Shown: positions 9,627-20,403, counted from the first letter of the stretch. The stretch: 64,000 nt of DNA from an uncultured candidate division Zixibacteria bacterium (GCA_963713865.1 OY970208.1:1632001-1696000), one strand, 5' to 3'. The notes: a model not told the origin generated them from the sequence alone. Program-made: numbers and translations.

Positions 9627-10993
9627 ATAGTAAAAAGCTCAGACAGATTCCCAGCATTGAGGAGATTTTGCAATCCGAGAAACTGCAAAAGTACATCTCT
9701 TTTCTCTCCCGACCTTTTGTAACTCAAATCAGTAGAAAAATAGTGGATGAATTAAGAAAACAGGTAAAGAGAAAAGGATTGAATATTTCTAAAGAAGAGA
9801 TAATCACGAAAATTTCAGAAGAGCTTGAGAATTTAGTTTCTGCTTCTTTGAGACCGGTGATAAACGGAACCGGTGTAATAATCCATACCAACCTTGGGCG
9901 TGCTCCTATAGGCGAAAACGTATTAAAACATATCGCTGCAGTAAGTAAGGATTATTCTTCTTTAGAATATGATCTCGTAAAAGGAAAAAGAGGAGAGAGA
10001 ACCGTATTTCTGGAAAAACTGTTGATCGAGCTTTCAGGCGCAGAAGGTGCTCTGGTAGTAAATAACAATGCCGGTGCGGTTCTGCTTATCCTTTCAGGTT
10101 TAGCCAAAGGAAAAGAGGTTATCATATCCAGGGGTGAACTGGTTCAGATAGGCGGAGGTTTTAGAATTCCGGATATTTTGAATGAAAGCGGAGCGATAAT
10201 GAAAGAGGTTGGAACAACTAATCAAACCTCCATTTCCGATTATCAGAGAGCCATAAATAAAAACACCAAGATTCTCTTAAAGGTCCATAAAAGCAATTTC
10301 TGGATGTCCGGGTTTGTGGAAGAGGTTTCCATTGAAAAGTTAATTCCTCTGGGCAAAAAATATCACTTGATAACAGTTATGGATTTAGGAAGTGGAGCTG
10401 TTACTTATACTGAGAATTATGGGCTGGGACATGAGCCCAGGGTCTCAGAAACAATATATTCTGGCACTGATTTAGTCTGTTTTTCAGGTGATAAGCTTTT
10501 AGGTGGACCCCAGTCTGGGGTAATTGTTGGCAAGAAAAGATATATTGATCTTTTGCGAAAACATCCTCTTTATCGTGCTCTGCGAGTTGATAAGATGGTT
10601 ATTGCTGGTCTTGAACAGGTCATTCTTAGTTATCTTAAAAAAGAAGAGGAGAAGATTCCTATCTGGAGGTTTATTTCGACTCCTCTGGATGGCCTCAGAA
10701 AAAGAGGAGAAGAGATCTCAGGAAGATTAAAAGAGTTTGATATCTCTATTTCCTTAAAGGAGAGCAAAAGCACCGTAGGAGGCGGCTCCCTGCCGGGTGA
10801 GACTCTTCCAACAATCGTATTATCCCTAGAGTCACAAACTCCTCCTGAAAGTTTAGCTGAGAAATTCCGCAGTTTAGATTGCCCGATAATCGGGCGAGTC
10901 GAAAAAAATAGATTAGTTCTGGACTTAAAGACAATCTTACCAGAGCAGGATGAGATTGTCATTGAAGGCATAAAGAAAGTACTTAAATCGTAG
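9602..10993 (+). CDS. selA: L-seryl-tRNA(Sec) selenium transferase (true start may be GTG 9620)
   Basis: VINGTGVIIHTNLGRA, VVNNNAGA, SRGELVQIGGGFRIP, FSGDKLLGGPQ (PLP lysine). Confidence 0.95.
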   Translation: MQDKSRVVNSKKLRQIPSIEEILQSEKLQKYISFLSRPFVTQISRKIVDELRKQVKRKGLNISKEEIITKISEELENLVSASLRPVINGTGVIIHTNLGRAPIGENVLKHIAAVSKDYSSLEYDLVKGKRGERTVFLEKLLIELSGAEGALVVNNNAGAVLLILSGLAKGKEVIISRGELVQIGGGFRIPDILNESGAIMKEVGTTNQTSISDYQRAINKNTKILLKVHKSNFWMSGFVEEVSIEKLIPLGKKYHLITVMDLGSGAVTYTENYGLGHEPRVSETIYSGTDLVCFSGDKLLGGPQSGVIVGKKRYIDLLRKHPLYRALRVDKMVIAGLEQVILSYLKKEEEKIPIWRFISTPLDGLRKRGEEISGRLKEFDISISLKESKSTVGGGSLPGETLPTIVLSLESQTPPESLAEKFRSLDCPIIGRVEKNRLVLDLKTILPEQDEIVIEGIKKVLKS

Positions 10994-11149
10994 GGCAACT
11001 CTTTTCTTTCAGGGTGTGTTGAAAAACATTAACCGGAGTGCACCAGCTTGCTGGTGCCGTTTTTTATCGAAATTCTGACAAATTGAAATCAAAAGAAATT
11101 AGCATTTCAGAAAAATAGCAAAAGCAAGCCTTTGCACTCCCAATTCTAT

Positions 11150-13042
11150 ATGTTTGTAATCGGAACCGCAGGTCATGTTGATCATGGTAAATCCTCTTTG
11201 ATTCTGGCATTAACCGGAATCGATCCGGATAGACTACCAGAGGAGAAATTAAGAGGGATGACTATCGATTTAGGGTTTGCCTGGCTACCCTTGCCGGATG
11301 GAACTGAAGTGGGGATAGTTGACGTGCCCGGACATGAAAGATTTGTCAAGAATATGATTGCAGGAGTTGGTGGAATTGATGCCGCACTCTTGATCATAGC
11401 AGCGGATGATGGCTGGATGCCACAGACTCAAGAGCATTTAGAGATTTTAGGACTCTTAGGAGTCAAAGCAGGGATTGTAGTTATTAACAAAATCGACTTA
11501 GTTAAAGAAGACTGGCTTAATTTAATTGAGGAGGACATTAAACAGAAACTTAAAGGGACATCCTTAGAAAATGCTGTTATAGTCAAAACTTCATCCACTC
11601 AAAAAACCGGAATTGACGAACTGAATAAGCAGATCCAGAAACTTGTAAGCAAACTCAAAGTTAGGAAAGATATAAATAAACCCAGACTTTATATCGACAG
11701 GGTTTTCACTATGACCGGAATGGGAACAGTTGTTACCGGAACTCTGATCGATGGCTCTTTCCAAGTTGGACAGGAGGTGGAAATTGCTCCTCAGGGGATA
11801 AAGACCAGGATAAAAAACCTTCAGAAGTACAAAAAACAGGTAGAGATTGCAGGTCCAGGAACAAGGATAGCTTTGAATCTTATCGGGGTAGAAAAAGAAA
11901 AGATTAAAAGAGGAGATGTGATAATAAATCCAGGAACAGCCATTCTGACCTCATTCTTAGATGTAAAAGTAAATATGATTCCGGATGCTCCCTATAATTT
12001 GAAACATGGCTCTGGTCTTCTTTTCATGCTGGGTACAAAAGAGATTATGGGCAGAGTAATTCTTTTAGATGCAGGGGTGCAAAAATTTGAACCCCTGCTT
12101 AAACCTGGTCAGACTGGTTTTGCCAGGATTAAACTAAAAGAGCCAGTCCTGGGAAGAATAGGAGATCATTTTATCTTAAGATTACCCACACCAGCAAAAA
12201 CCCTTGGGGGTGGTGTAGTACTGGATGTATTCCCTTCAAAGCTTAAAAGGAAAGATAAAGAACTAATAACTTTTTTAGCCCGAAGGGAGAATTTAGATAT
12301 AGTAGAGTTAATTCTATCCGAGCTTAAAAAAGTAGATTTTCTGCCCAGAAGGGAGATTCTCAGTGCCTCCATCTTTAGCTCAGAGGAGATCGAGTCAACC
12401 TTGATATCTCTGGAAAACAAAAAGGAGATAGTAGCTAAAAAGAATCTGGTAACAACTAAAGGAAAGTGGGAAAAACTTTTATCTCAGATTTTAGAAAGAG
12501 TGAATAAAGAGCATATAGATAAACCTTTTACTTACGGGTTACGCATTTCAGACCTTGTATCAAAGATCGACTTCAAAGAGAGGCTAATCGCAGAAGGAGT
12601 AGAACATCTTCTGTCAACTGGCAATTTAATTCAGAAAGATAACTTTTTAGCTATGCCAGATTACCAGCCTAAACTGAGCGATAAACAATCAGCTTTAGCA
12701 CAAAACATTATAAAGAGATTTGAAGAGGACCGGTTTTCAACTCCTACCAGAGGTGAGCTGTTAGAGGAGAATCCAGATTATCAGAAGATCCTTCTTTTCC
12801 TGCTTCAACAAGGAAAACTTATAGAATTAAAAGAGGGGATACTTTATATAACAGAAGATTTCGAAATGATTACTAAAAGGATAAAAGACTTCATTAACAG
12901 AAATGGACCATCTACGGTTAGTCAGATAAGAGAATATCTGAATATAAGCCGCAAATATGCAGTTCCGATTTTAGAAAAATTAGATGAATCAGGAATTACA
13001 CTGAGGGAAGAGGATAAGAGGGTTCTGTTTAAAAAGAAGTAG
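11150..13042 (+). CDS. selB: Selenocysteine-specific elongation factor SelB
   Basis: GTAGHVDHGKS, DRLPEEKLRGMTIDLGFA, DVPGHERF, C-terminal winged helix SRKYAVPILE. Confidence 0.96.
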   Translation: MFVIGTAGHVDHGKSSLILALTGIDPDRLPEEKLRGMTIDLGFAWLPLPDGTEVGIVDVPGHERFVKNMIAGVGGIDAALLIIAADDGWMPQTQEHLEILGLLGVKAGIVVINKIDLVKEDWLNLIEEDIKQKLKGTSLENAVIVKTSSTQKTGIDELNKQIQKLVSKLKVRKDINKPRLYIDRVFTMTGMGTVVTGTLIDGSFQVGQEVEIAPQGIKTRIKNLQKYKKQVEIAGPGTRIALNLIGVEKEKIKRGDVIINPGTAILTSFLDVKVNMIPDAPYNLKHGSGLLFMLGTKEIMGRVILLDAGVQKFEPLLKPGQTGFARIKLKEPVLGRIGDHFILRLPTPAKTLGGGVVLDVFPSKLKRKDKELITFLARRENLDIVELILSELKKVDFLPRREILSASIFSSEEIESTLISLENKKEIVAKKNLVTTKGKWEKLLSQILERVNKEHIDKPFTYGLRISDLVSKIDFKERLIAEGVEHLLSTGNLIQKDNFLAMPDYQPKLSDKQSALAQNIIKRFEEDRFSTPTRGELLEENPDYQKILLFLLQQGKLIELKEGILYITEDFEMITKRIKDFINRNGPSTVSQIREYLNISRKYAVPILEKLDESGITLREEDKRVLFKKK

Positions 13043-13152
13043 AGACGCATTGCTATGCGTTTCATTTTTTATAAATTAAGTTATGAGAGTAATAGATTAA
13101 CCTCACCCAGAACCCTCTCCTTAAAAAGGAGAGGGGAAAGTAGCGTCGAGTT

Positions 13153-13905
13153 TTACACCCGACGTTTATTTTTAATTTGCTCCCAGCATACCCGAATGCA
13201 GATTCCGCAAACTTCATTTTCCAGCCCCACGTTTTTCAATCGTATAAGACAATTCTGTCGGTAATCATCATGCTTACCAGGTTTACTGACCTGGCAAGCT
13301 AACTCTTTAAGGAAAGGACAAATCTTCAAACAAGCTTGGCAATCTCTGCAACCTTCAATATTTCTCTTTACAGATTTTATCTTATAAGGGATAAAAATAG
13401 TTGATAGTCTTAAAGCCGGTCCCTGTTCAGGGGTAATTATCAACCCGGATTTACCTCTCCAGCCTAATCCGGATGATTCTGCAAATACCCGATGGGAAAC
13501 ACATAGATCAAAATATTCCTCCACATAATTTATCATGCTGGTATAGCCCTCCAAGGTAGCCTGTTCTGAGATTCCGCCAAATTTCTCTGCGATGCTTCTG
13601 GTTAGGCTGTTAAGGATTCGGTTCAATTCACCGCAAGCCCGGGCATAGATGTTCCAGTCAACTTCCTTAGAACCTTTTCCAATCCATCTGTCTGGAATTG
13701 ATAATACTTCATCTGGAGTATAAAAAACTCCAAGGGAGATTGCAGTTATTGGTTTAGTTAAATCGAAAGAAGATAGTTTTCTTTCAAGATAATTTCTCTG
13801 AACAGGAAGAAGTTTTGTCTCCTTAAAAGAGGAATATCCGATAATTCCCTTTCTCTTATGAATGTCACAGAGCTTTTGAAATTCTTTTTCAATTTTTTCT
13901 TTCAT
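13153..13905 (-). CDS. Epoxyqueuosine reductase (QueG)/reductive dehalogenase-like 4Fe-4S protein
   Basis: SHRVFAESSGLGWRGKSGLIITPEQGPALRL, CxxCxxCxxxCP and CGICIRVC. Confidence 0.7.
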   Translation of the reverse strand: MKEKIEKEFQKLCDIHKRKGIIGYSSFKETKLLPVQRNYLERKLSSFDLTKPITAISLGVFYTPDEVLSIPDRWIGKGSKEVDWNIYARACGELNRILNSLTRSIAEKFGGISEQATLEGYTSMINYVEEYFDLCVSHRVFAESSGLGWRGKSGLIITPEQGPALRLSTIFIPYKIKSVKRNIEGCRDCQACLKICPFLKELACQVSKPGKHDDYRQNCLIRLKNVGLENEVCGICIRVCWEQIKNKRRV

Positions 13906-14107
13906 AACGAATCAGGTGGTTGTACTGTAGCGTCCAAATGGATGAAAAAACGTCCGGGATAAACCCGGGCGCTACATTTTAAAGCTCGCCTAAATCGAAT
14001 TGAGGCAGTGGACCCAACGACCACACGAATCTATCTCTTTTATCGTCTCGCGTCTCACTTCTCACTTTTTTCATCTTTCATCTTCATTTTTCTTTATCCG
14101 TCATTCG

Positions 14108-15991
14108 TCATTTTACTAAAATCATCCTCTTCGTCTCTGAATAATCTCCTGCTTCTAATCGGTAGAAATATATACCTGAGCTAACTTTTTCACCTTTATC
14201 ATCTCTTCCATCCCAGACCACCTGATAATTTCCAGGCATTTTTTTCTCATCCATTAGAGTCCTCACTAAGTCCCCAAGTATATTATAAATCTTGAAGGTG
14301 GTATGGATGGGACTATGAACTATGAACTGCGAACCATATACTTGAAAAAGTATGGTGGTAGAAGGGTTAAAGGGATTTGGATAGTTCTGAGATAAAGTAA
14401 AAGAGTGGGGCGCTGCAACTGGTTGCTCTTCAACCTCAGTCAGAGTGCTGTCATAGATTCCCTGATAGGTATAGTTGAAAGAGCCGGAGGTTTTGGTAAC
14501 CACTGCCGGGATCATAACTATCCGGTAATAATCATTCCAGTTACTGATTTTTAGATTACCCCTCTGTTGACTATCTAAGGTAAATTCGGTAAAATATTTG
14601 GGATTAGTGGTAGAATATCCTATCGCCGAATTTTTCCACAAAGCCAAGTCTGAGCCGTCGAAATTTATGGACAGGCCACCAGAATTGCCATTCGGAACGA
14701 ACAGGACATAATTTGTTCCTAAGACCTCAGGCGGATGAAGCACCGCACTAACATCTACCGGGTAAAGATAATGGATCTGGCTCGGATCCACCTTTATCAC
14801 CGGATAAAGGTTCCCTTCGGAATAGTAATTGGCGGTATCTGCCCGATAATTGGTGAAATAGTTCCACACGGAAAACTCCCTGAACCCCTGATCAAAAGAG
14901 CTTCCCTTGGTTAAGAGGATATCGTCTGTGGCTGAAAGGACATTGTCACCTTGAACGTCAGCACATAGTATCCAGATATTCTTTATTACATCCGCTCCAA
15001 ATTTTTCGGATAAATAAAAAGCCCAAACGCAAGAAGCGTAAGCATGAAAATATCGGGCTGTATCAGCTGGAGTATTGTTAATAAGTGTGTCAGAAAAGGT
15101 TTTCAGCGAGAACCAGGGGTAATTATAAAAAAAACGCAGATAACTTATATAATCATTAATGTTATCATATACCACATCCTCCATCCAGGTTGCAGTAAGC
15201 TCCATCCAGTAAGGTCTGATAGGGGTTACCGGATCTGAAGGGACATATTCGTATTCATTTACATCATAAGCGAATTGAATTGCATGAAAAAACTCGTGTG
15301 CGGCGGTTACTCTGAGATAGTCATTATAATCCGGACGGAACCCGGCATAAAGGCTATAGTCACTCCTTAATACTATGTAACTGGTAGCGCCAATATAATC
15401 CGGTGGGAAATAATGTTCCGGCTGAGTATACCCTAAATAAAGAGTATCCAGCCATTCCAAATAAATGTCATACTTGGGATTCCCCCCATTATCCGTATAC
15501 CAGCCATCATTGGGTGGAGAAAGATAACCTAAGGTATCAACTTCTTTTCTCCACATAGAGTCCATAACCGCACCAACGAAATTGACATAATCCGGATAAC
15601 CATCTACTGGTGAAGTATCCACACTTGATTTATAAACTGAATCCACTGTAGAGGTAACGTAATGTATCCTGAAATGCCCGCCCGGAGTATCATAGATTTT
15701 TTTTGTAGTGGAATATGTTGGTCGATCAGGCATAAGCGCTGAAAGCTCTTTTTGAGCTTCGGGGCTTAATTCGTTTCTATGCGCAGGGAGCCAGACAAAA
15801 GCCGGGGTAGCGCAGACTGGATGAAAATCTGCTGGATAGCCTTTTGGAGCTGAAGTTGTTGGAGTTAAAACTTCTTTAATTTTCTGAATAAGCTTCTCTT
15901 CAGCCGGAAGCTTTGCGTTAACATCAACTAAAAATGAATTCAATCCTAAAAGAGAGATAAGAAAAACAAAAATTATCTTCCTCATAACCAC
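14108..15991 (-). CDS. Secreted putative zinc metallopeptidase with FlgD-Ig/T9SS-like C-terminal domain
   Basis: Signal peptide; TAAHEFFHAIQ..WMELTATWMED; QNYPNPFNP..WDGRD..SGIYFY..KRMILVK. Confidence 0.75.
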   Translation of the reverse strand: MVMRKIIFVFLISLLGLNSFLVDVNAKLPAEEKLIQKIKEVLTPTTSAPKGYPADFHPVCATPAFVWLPAHRNELSPEAQKELSALMPDRPTYSTTKKIYDTPGGHFRIHYVTSTVDSVYKSSVDTSPVDGYPDYVNFVGAVMDSMWRKEVDTLGYLSPPNDGWYTDNGGNPKYDIYLEWLDTLYLGYTQPEHYFPPDYIGATSYIVLRSDYSLYAGFRPDYNDYLRVTAAHEFFHAIQFAYDVNEYEYVPSDPVTPIRPYWMELTATWMEDVVYDNINDYISYLRFFYNYPWFSLKTFSDTLINNTPADTARYFHAYASCVWAFYLSEKFGADVIKNIWILCADVQGDNVLSATDDILLTKGSSFDQGFREFSVWNYFTNYRADTANYYSEGNLYPVIKVDPSQIHYLYPVDVSAVLHPPEVLGTNYVLFVPNGNSGGLSINFDGSDLALWKNSAIGYSTTNPKYFTEFTLDSQQRGNLKISNWNDYYRIVMIPAVVTKTSGSFNYTYQGIYDSTLTEVEEQPVAAPHSFTLSQNYPNPFNPSTTILFQVYGSQFIVHSPIHTTFKIYNILGDLVRTLMDEKKMPGNYQVVWDGRDDKGEKVSSGIYFYRLEAGDYSETKRMILVK

Positions 15992-16083
15992 TCCTTTTTT
16001 AAAGGTATTTTAGAATTGCTTAACAAAGGTTCAACCTGATCTAACTGTTTTCAGCTATTTGGTCTCCTTTATTTTTGTTTTTC

Positions 16084-16315
16084 GTAGGGGAGGGGCTTGT
16101 CCCCTCCCGTTTTTCTATCGGGAGCCCACAACGGACTCCCCTACTAATTCAACTCCGTCGGGTCAGGGGACCCGACGACCACATAAAGAATTAACCTTTC
16201 AGAATAGTTATAGGAAATCTGTGTCCTAAGTTATGTAAGCGACCCTGTCCTACGGATCCGAAAATAGGAAAAGAGTCACGCTACGAAAACTGTGGCAGGG
16301 CAATTGTCCTGCCAC
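16084..16315. repeat. Dense cluster of REP-like palindromes
   Basis: GTAGGGGAGGGG..CCCCTCCC..CTCCCCTAC; GTCGGGTC..GACCCGACGACCAC; GTCCTACGGATCCG..AGGAAAAG..CGCTAC (also near 52795); GTGGCAGGGCAATTGTCCTGCCAC. Confidence 0.75.
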
Positions 16316-16349
16316 AGCTCCTTCTTACTTCTTACGTCTCACTAAAGAT

Positions 16350-17120
16350 TTACTCCTTTTTATCCGACCCCTCTTGTAACTTCTTTATAAAGGGAGTGAA
16401 AAGGTCAATTGGCACCGGAAAGATGATAGTGGAGTTTTTCTCGACTGCAACCTCAGTCAAAGTCTGCAGAAATCTCAACTGTATGCCAGCCGGAGTTTTG
16501 CCGATTATACCGGCTGCCAGGGCTAATTTCTCCGCGGCCTGGTATTCACCTTCAGCATGAATAATCTTAGCCCTTCTCTCCCTTTCCGCCTCTGCCTGTC
16601 TGGCAATTGCCCTCTGCATCTCCTGAGGCAGGTCAACATTCTTTACCTCTACCACTGAAACTTTAATCCCCCAGGGCTCGGTCTGGTCATCGATTATCTT
16701 CTGCAGTTGTTGATTAATCTTCTCCCGGCCAGATAAGAGGTCATCTAATTCCACCTGCCCTAAGACGCTTCTCAAAGTAGTCTGGGAGATCATCGAGGTT
16801 GCATAAAGGTAATCCTCTACTTGCACAATGGCTTTGCTGGCATCTATCACCCGAAAGTAGATTACTGCATTAACCTTAACGGTAACGTTATCCCGGGTGA
16901 TAACGTCCTGAGGTGGCACATCCATTGTCACTACCCTCAAGCTGACCTTAACCATCCGGTCAACTATGGGGATCAGTAAGATCAAACCTGGACCTTTGGT
17001 ACCGAGCAATCTCCCTAATCTGAAGATTATCCCTCTTTCGTACTCCCTTAAGATCCTGATCGCATTGGCTAAGATAAAAAGAGCGATGATGATTAGGGTT
17101 AAAATACCTGCACCTGCCAT
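16350..17120 (-). CDS. SPFH/stomatin (slipin) family protein
   Basis: [45 protein letters not shown]. Confidence 0.93.
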   Translation of the reverse strand: MAGAGILTLIIIALFILANAIRILREYERGIIFRLGRLLGTKGPGLILLIPIVDRMVKVSLRVVTMDVPPQDVITRDNVTVKVNAVIYFRVIDASKAIVQVEDYLYATSMISQTTLRSVLGQVELDDLLSGREKINQQLQKIIDDQTEPWGIKVSVVEVKNVDLPQEMQRAIARQAEAERERRAKIIHAEGEYQAAEKLALAAGIIGKTPAGIQLRFLQTLTEVAVEKNSTIIFPVPIDLFTPFIKKLQEGSDKKE

Positions 17121-17160
17121 AACTCCTCCTCTTAAGTTTAGAAGTTTAGAAGTTTAAACT

Positions 17161-18468
17161 TCATATTTTGGTTACTTTCAGCATTAAATTTTCTATCCCG
17201 ATAACTTTCACCTTTTCACCTTTTTCTATCCCACCAGTTTGTGGGTCACACTCAGCCTTCCAGAGTTCACCATGAATGAAAACATAACCTTCGGGCTTAA
17301 TCTCTGTTCTTGTTACACCGATCATCCCGATCATTCCTTTATCTCCGGTGGTGACTTTTTTCATTTGCGCTTTTATCCCTAATCCAACCGCGAAGATAAA
17401 AAACAGAGCAGTCCCCATTACCACGGTGAGAACAACTACTAAAGAGACGCGCATATAAGGTTCAGGTGAATTTATAAGCATCAAAGACCCTAAGATCATA
17501 GAGATTATACCTCCTATAGTTAAAAGCCCGTGGCTAACCACCTTAACTTCGGCGATAAATAAAATCACAGCTAAAATCATTAGAAGTATACCGGCATAGT
17601 TAATCGGCAGGGTCTGAAAGGCAAAAAAGGCTAAGATCAAGCAGATCCCACCCACAACTCCGGGAAGAATTGAGCCTGGATTAGAAAGCTCAAAGAAAAG
17701 TCCCCACATCGCCAGAGTGAAAAGGATATAGGCGATTGTAGGATTGGAGATGGTCTCCAGGATTTTATCCTTCCAGCCGATCTCTACTCTTTTTACCTCT
17801 GCGCCCCTGGTATTTAGAATTTTCTCGCCTGAGGGTAAATTCACTTTTCTTCCATCTACCAGGTTTAATAGTTCCCTTAAATTGTTAGCCACCAAATCAA
17901 TGACACTATCTTTTAGAGCTTCATACTCAGTTACGGAAATACTTTGTCTGACCGCTTTTTCAGCCCATTCCGGATTTCTTCCTCTTTTATTAGCTATGGT
18001 TTTGATATAGGCTACTGCATCATTGGTAACTTTCTCTTTCATAATCGAATCTATCTGACCACCGATACTAACTGGATGGGCTGCGCCTATATTAGTCCCG
18101 GGAGCCATAGCCGCGATGTGAGCGCTTAAGGTGATGAAAACTCCGGCGGAGGCGGCTCTGGAGCCGGAGGGAGCCACGTAGACTATAACCGGTACTTCAG
18201 CATTCAAAATCTTTTTAGTTATCAATCGGGTGGATTCATCTAAACCTCCGGGGGTATTCAATTCCACCACTAATGCTTCTGCGCTATCTTCTACTGCTGA
18301 ATTTATTGCTTCTCCGATGATCCTGGCAGTAATCGGGCCAATGGCTCCATCTATAGTGATTAAATCTACTCTATTATCCGAGTCTGGATCCCTAGGACTG
18401 GCTGAAAAAAGTAAACCGGTAAAGGATAACAAGATTATGAAGATATATACAAAGATTCTTTTTTTCAT
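17161..18468 (-). CDS. nfeD: NfeD family membrane-bound ClpP-class serine protease
   Basis: LNTPGG, RAASAG, MAPGTNIGAAHPV, C-terminal OB fold GELWKA; paired with the SPFH gene. Confidence 0.92.
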   Translation of the reverse strand: MKKRIFVYIFIILLSFTGLLFSASPRDPDSDNRVDLITIDGAIGPITARIIGEAINSAVEDSAEALVVELNTPGGLDESTRLITKKILNAEVPVIVYVAPSGSRAASAGVFITLSAHIAAMAPGTNIGAAHPVSIGGQIDSIMKEKVTNDAVAYIKTIANKRGRNPEWAEKAVRQSISVTEYEALKDSVIDLVANNLRELLNLVDGRKVNLPSGEKILNTRGAEVKRVEIGWKDKILETISNPTIAYILFTLAMWGLFFELSNPGSILPGVVGGICLILAFFAFQTLPINYAGILLMILAVILFIAEVKVVSHGLLTIGGIISMILGSLMLINSPEPYMRVSLVVVLTVVMGTALFFIFAVGLGIKAQMKKVTTGDKGMIGMIGVTRTEIKPEGYVFIHGELWKAECDPQTGGIEKGEKVKVIGIENLMLKVTKI

Positions 18469-18649
18469 AAAAGCTCCTCGTAAATTTAATATCCTAATTA
18501 TAATATCTAAATCTTTTGAAAATAGCAATAAAAATTATTATTCCACTCTAGATAGAGAGAAGAAGGGTGTAAAGCAGTGTCGAGATGTCGCTTCTAATAG
18601 TTTTGTTCTGTTACAATAAATACAGGTTTTTGAGCTTACGCTTAAGTGG

Positions 18650-20380
18650 CTATGTCACCTGACTGACCTGTTTTTTAACTCCATGGTATTTATGTAAATA
18701 AACAATGAAAGCTGTTCCCTGACCCAATTTGCTTTTGCACTCTATTCGACCATTCAGGTTGTTGACTATCCTCTGGACAATAGCTAAACCCAAGCCAGTA
18801 CCACTCTTTTTGTTGGAATAAAAGGGAAGAAAAGCTTTTTGCATCTGTTCTCCGGTCATCCCTTTACCCTGGTCGACAATAGTCAGAGGGATATAAAAAT
18901 CTTCGCTTGAATTCTGGTGGTGATAATTAAAGACCATTTCCAGATCAGACTGCCGGGTAGTTATTAAAAGCTCGTTTCCCTTTTCCTCCATAGCTTCCAA
19001 GGCATTGACCAAAAGATTTATAAGGAGTTGTTTGAGCTGGTTTTCTTCGGCTAAGATGTAAATCGGGGAATCATCCAATCTCTTTCGTATGCTTATTCTT
19101 TCTTGATAGGAAGGATGTTTTTTTACGATCTCAATGACTTCATCTACAACTCTTTTTAATTCTACCCTCCCTAGGGAAGTCTCTCCTGATTTAGCGTATT
19201 GAAGAAATTCCTTTAAAATCGTATTTAACCGACTGCTTTCTTTGAGGATTAATTCCAGAAGCTTTTGATTTTCTCCTTCCAGCTTCATTTCGTTTTTCAA
19301 AACCTCTACCGAGCCAGATATAGAGGCCAGAGGGTTTCTGATCTCATGAGCAATACCAGCTGAGAGCTCTCCTACTGCGGCTAACCTATCCTGAAGCCGC
19401 ATTCTCTCCTCGATTTTTTTAGCTTCAGTCAAGTCCTGAAATACGGCGATAACCCCTCTTTTTTTTGTATTTTTATTCTGAAGCATAGAAGTGCTTATTC
19501 CCAAAGGGATTTTTTGTCCAAAACGGTTCTGGACTTCTAGTTCGCTCCGGGAGTCAATCTGTTCTGAACTTAAAGCCTGTTCTAATTTATCACATAGCTC
19601 CGGCATCCTTTTGTGGAAGATCTCATAAAAATTCCTGCCTTTTAGTTCTTTGGCCTGGTATCCTAATATCTCCTCAGCGGTCTTATTGTAATAGATTATC
19701 CTGCCCAGAGTATCTATGGTTATAAGTCCACTGTGCATATGCTGAAGGATATCGTGCGTGTCCATCTTCATGCGGTCCAATTCCAAAGACGCCAGGAAAA
19801 GCTCCTGCCCCTTCGTTTTCAGGCGCTGAGCAAGATATCCACTTAAAAAAGCTATTAAATAAAAAGAGCAAACGTATAGAAATATCTGGTAAAAATCTGA
19901 ATCACTCAGTAAATAGATATTTTTTAACCAGTTAATCGAGAAAAGAATTTTCACCGAAGAGGGATTCCCCATGATAAAAGTGGAAGCAAATCCAAAACTG
20001 GTTAATGTGGCTATTAGTAATACCCCTGCCAGATTGTAAACCAGGCTGGCGGAGACTATAGTCAATAGGAAGAGTATGGCAAAGGGACTTTCCACTTTGG
20101 CACTTGCAGCCATTATACCGGTCTCCACTAATACTTCAAAAATTAACTGAAGAGCGATGATACTTTTAAACAAAATCTCAGACTGAAGTCGTTCTTTGAA
20201 AAGTAAAAGGACGAGGAAAATAAAAGTTATCAGACTATAGCTAAAAAAGGGCAGGAAAAGTGCTTTGGAAACTTTAAAATATAAGATCACCACTAAAAGG
20301 ATGAAGATATAGATAAATAGACGAAAGAAAAGGGGAAGAGAAATCTTAGCCTGTTCCACTATTCTCTTTTTAGGGTTCAT
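18650..20380 (-). CDS. PAS-domain sensor histidine kinase, PilS-like
   Basis: N-terminal TM helices, PAS domain, AHEIRNPL H-box, NLLVNA, DQGKG, GTGLGL; follows pilT-pilC. Confidence 0.85.
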   Translation of the reverse strand: MNPKKRIVEQAKISLPLFFRLFIYIFILLVVILYFKVSKALFLPFFSYSLITFIFLVLLLFKERLQSEILFKSIIALQLIFEVLVETGIMAASAKVESPFAILFLLTIVSASLVYNLAGVLLIATLTSFGFASTFIMGNPSSVKILFSINWLKNIYLLSDSDFYQIFLYVCSFYLIAFLSGYLAQRLKTKGQELFLASLELDRMKMDTHDILQHMHSGLITIDTLGRIIYYNKTAEEILGYQAKELKGRNFYEIFHKRMPELCDKLEQALSSEQIDSRSELEVQNRFGQKIPLGISTSMLQNKNTKKRGVIAVFQDLTEAKKIEERMRLQDRLAAVGELSAGIAHEIRNPLASISGSVEVLKNEMKLEGENQKLLELILKESSRLNTILKEFLQYAKSGETSLGRVELKRVVDEVIEIVKKHPSYQERISIRKRLDDSPIYILAEENQLKQLLINLLVNALEAMEEKGNELLITTRQSDLEMVFNYHHQNSSEDFYIPLTIVDQGKGMTGEQMQKAFLPFYSNKKSGTGLGLAIVQRIVNNLNGRIECKSKLGQGTAFIVYLHKYHGVKKQVSQVT

Positions 20381-20403
20381 CTTAAGCTAAAAAAGTTATG
20401 ATT

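Noticed and set aside
17229-18401. Small palindromes inside nfeD (CCCAC..GTGGG near 17230; GTCCTAGGGATCC near 18387-18399) as in-frame repeat insertions
   Set aside because: Too short and degenerate to separate from chance without an alignment
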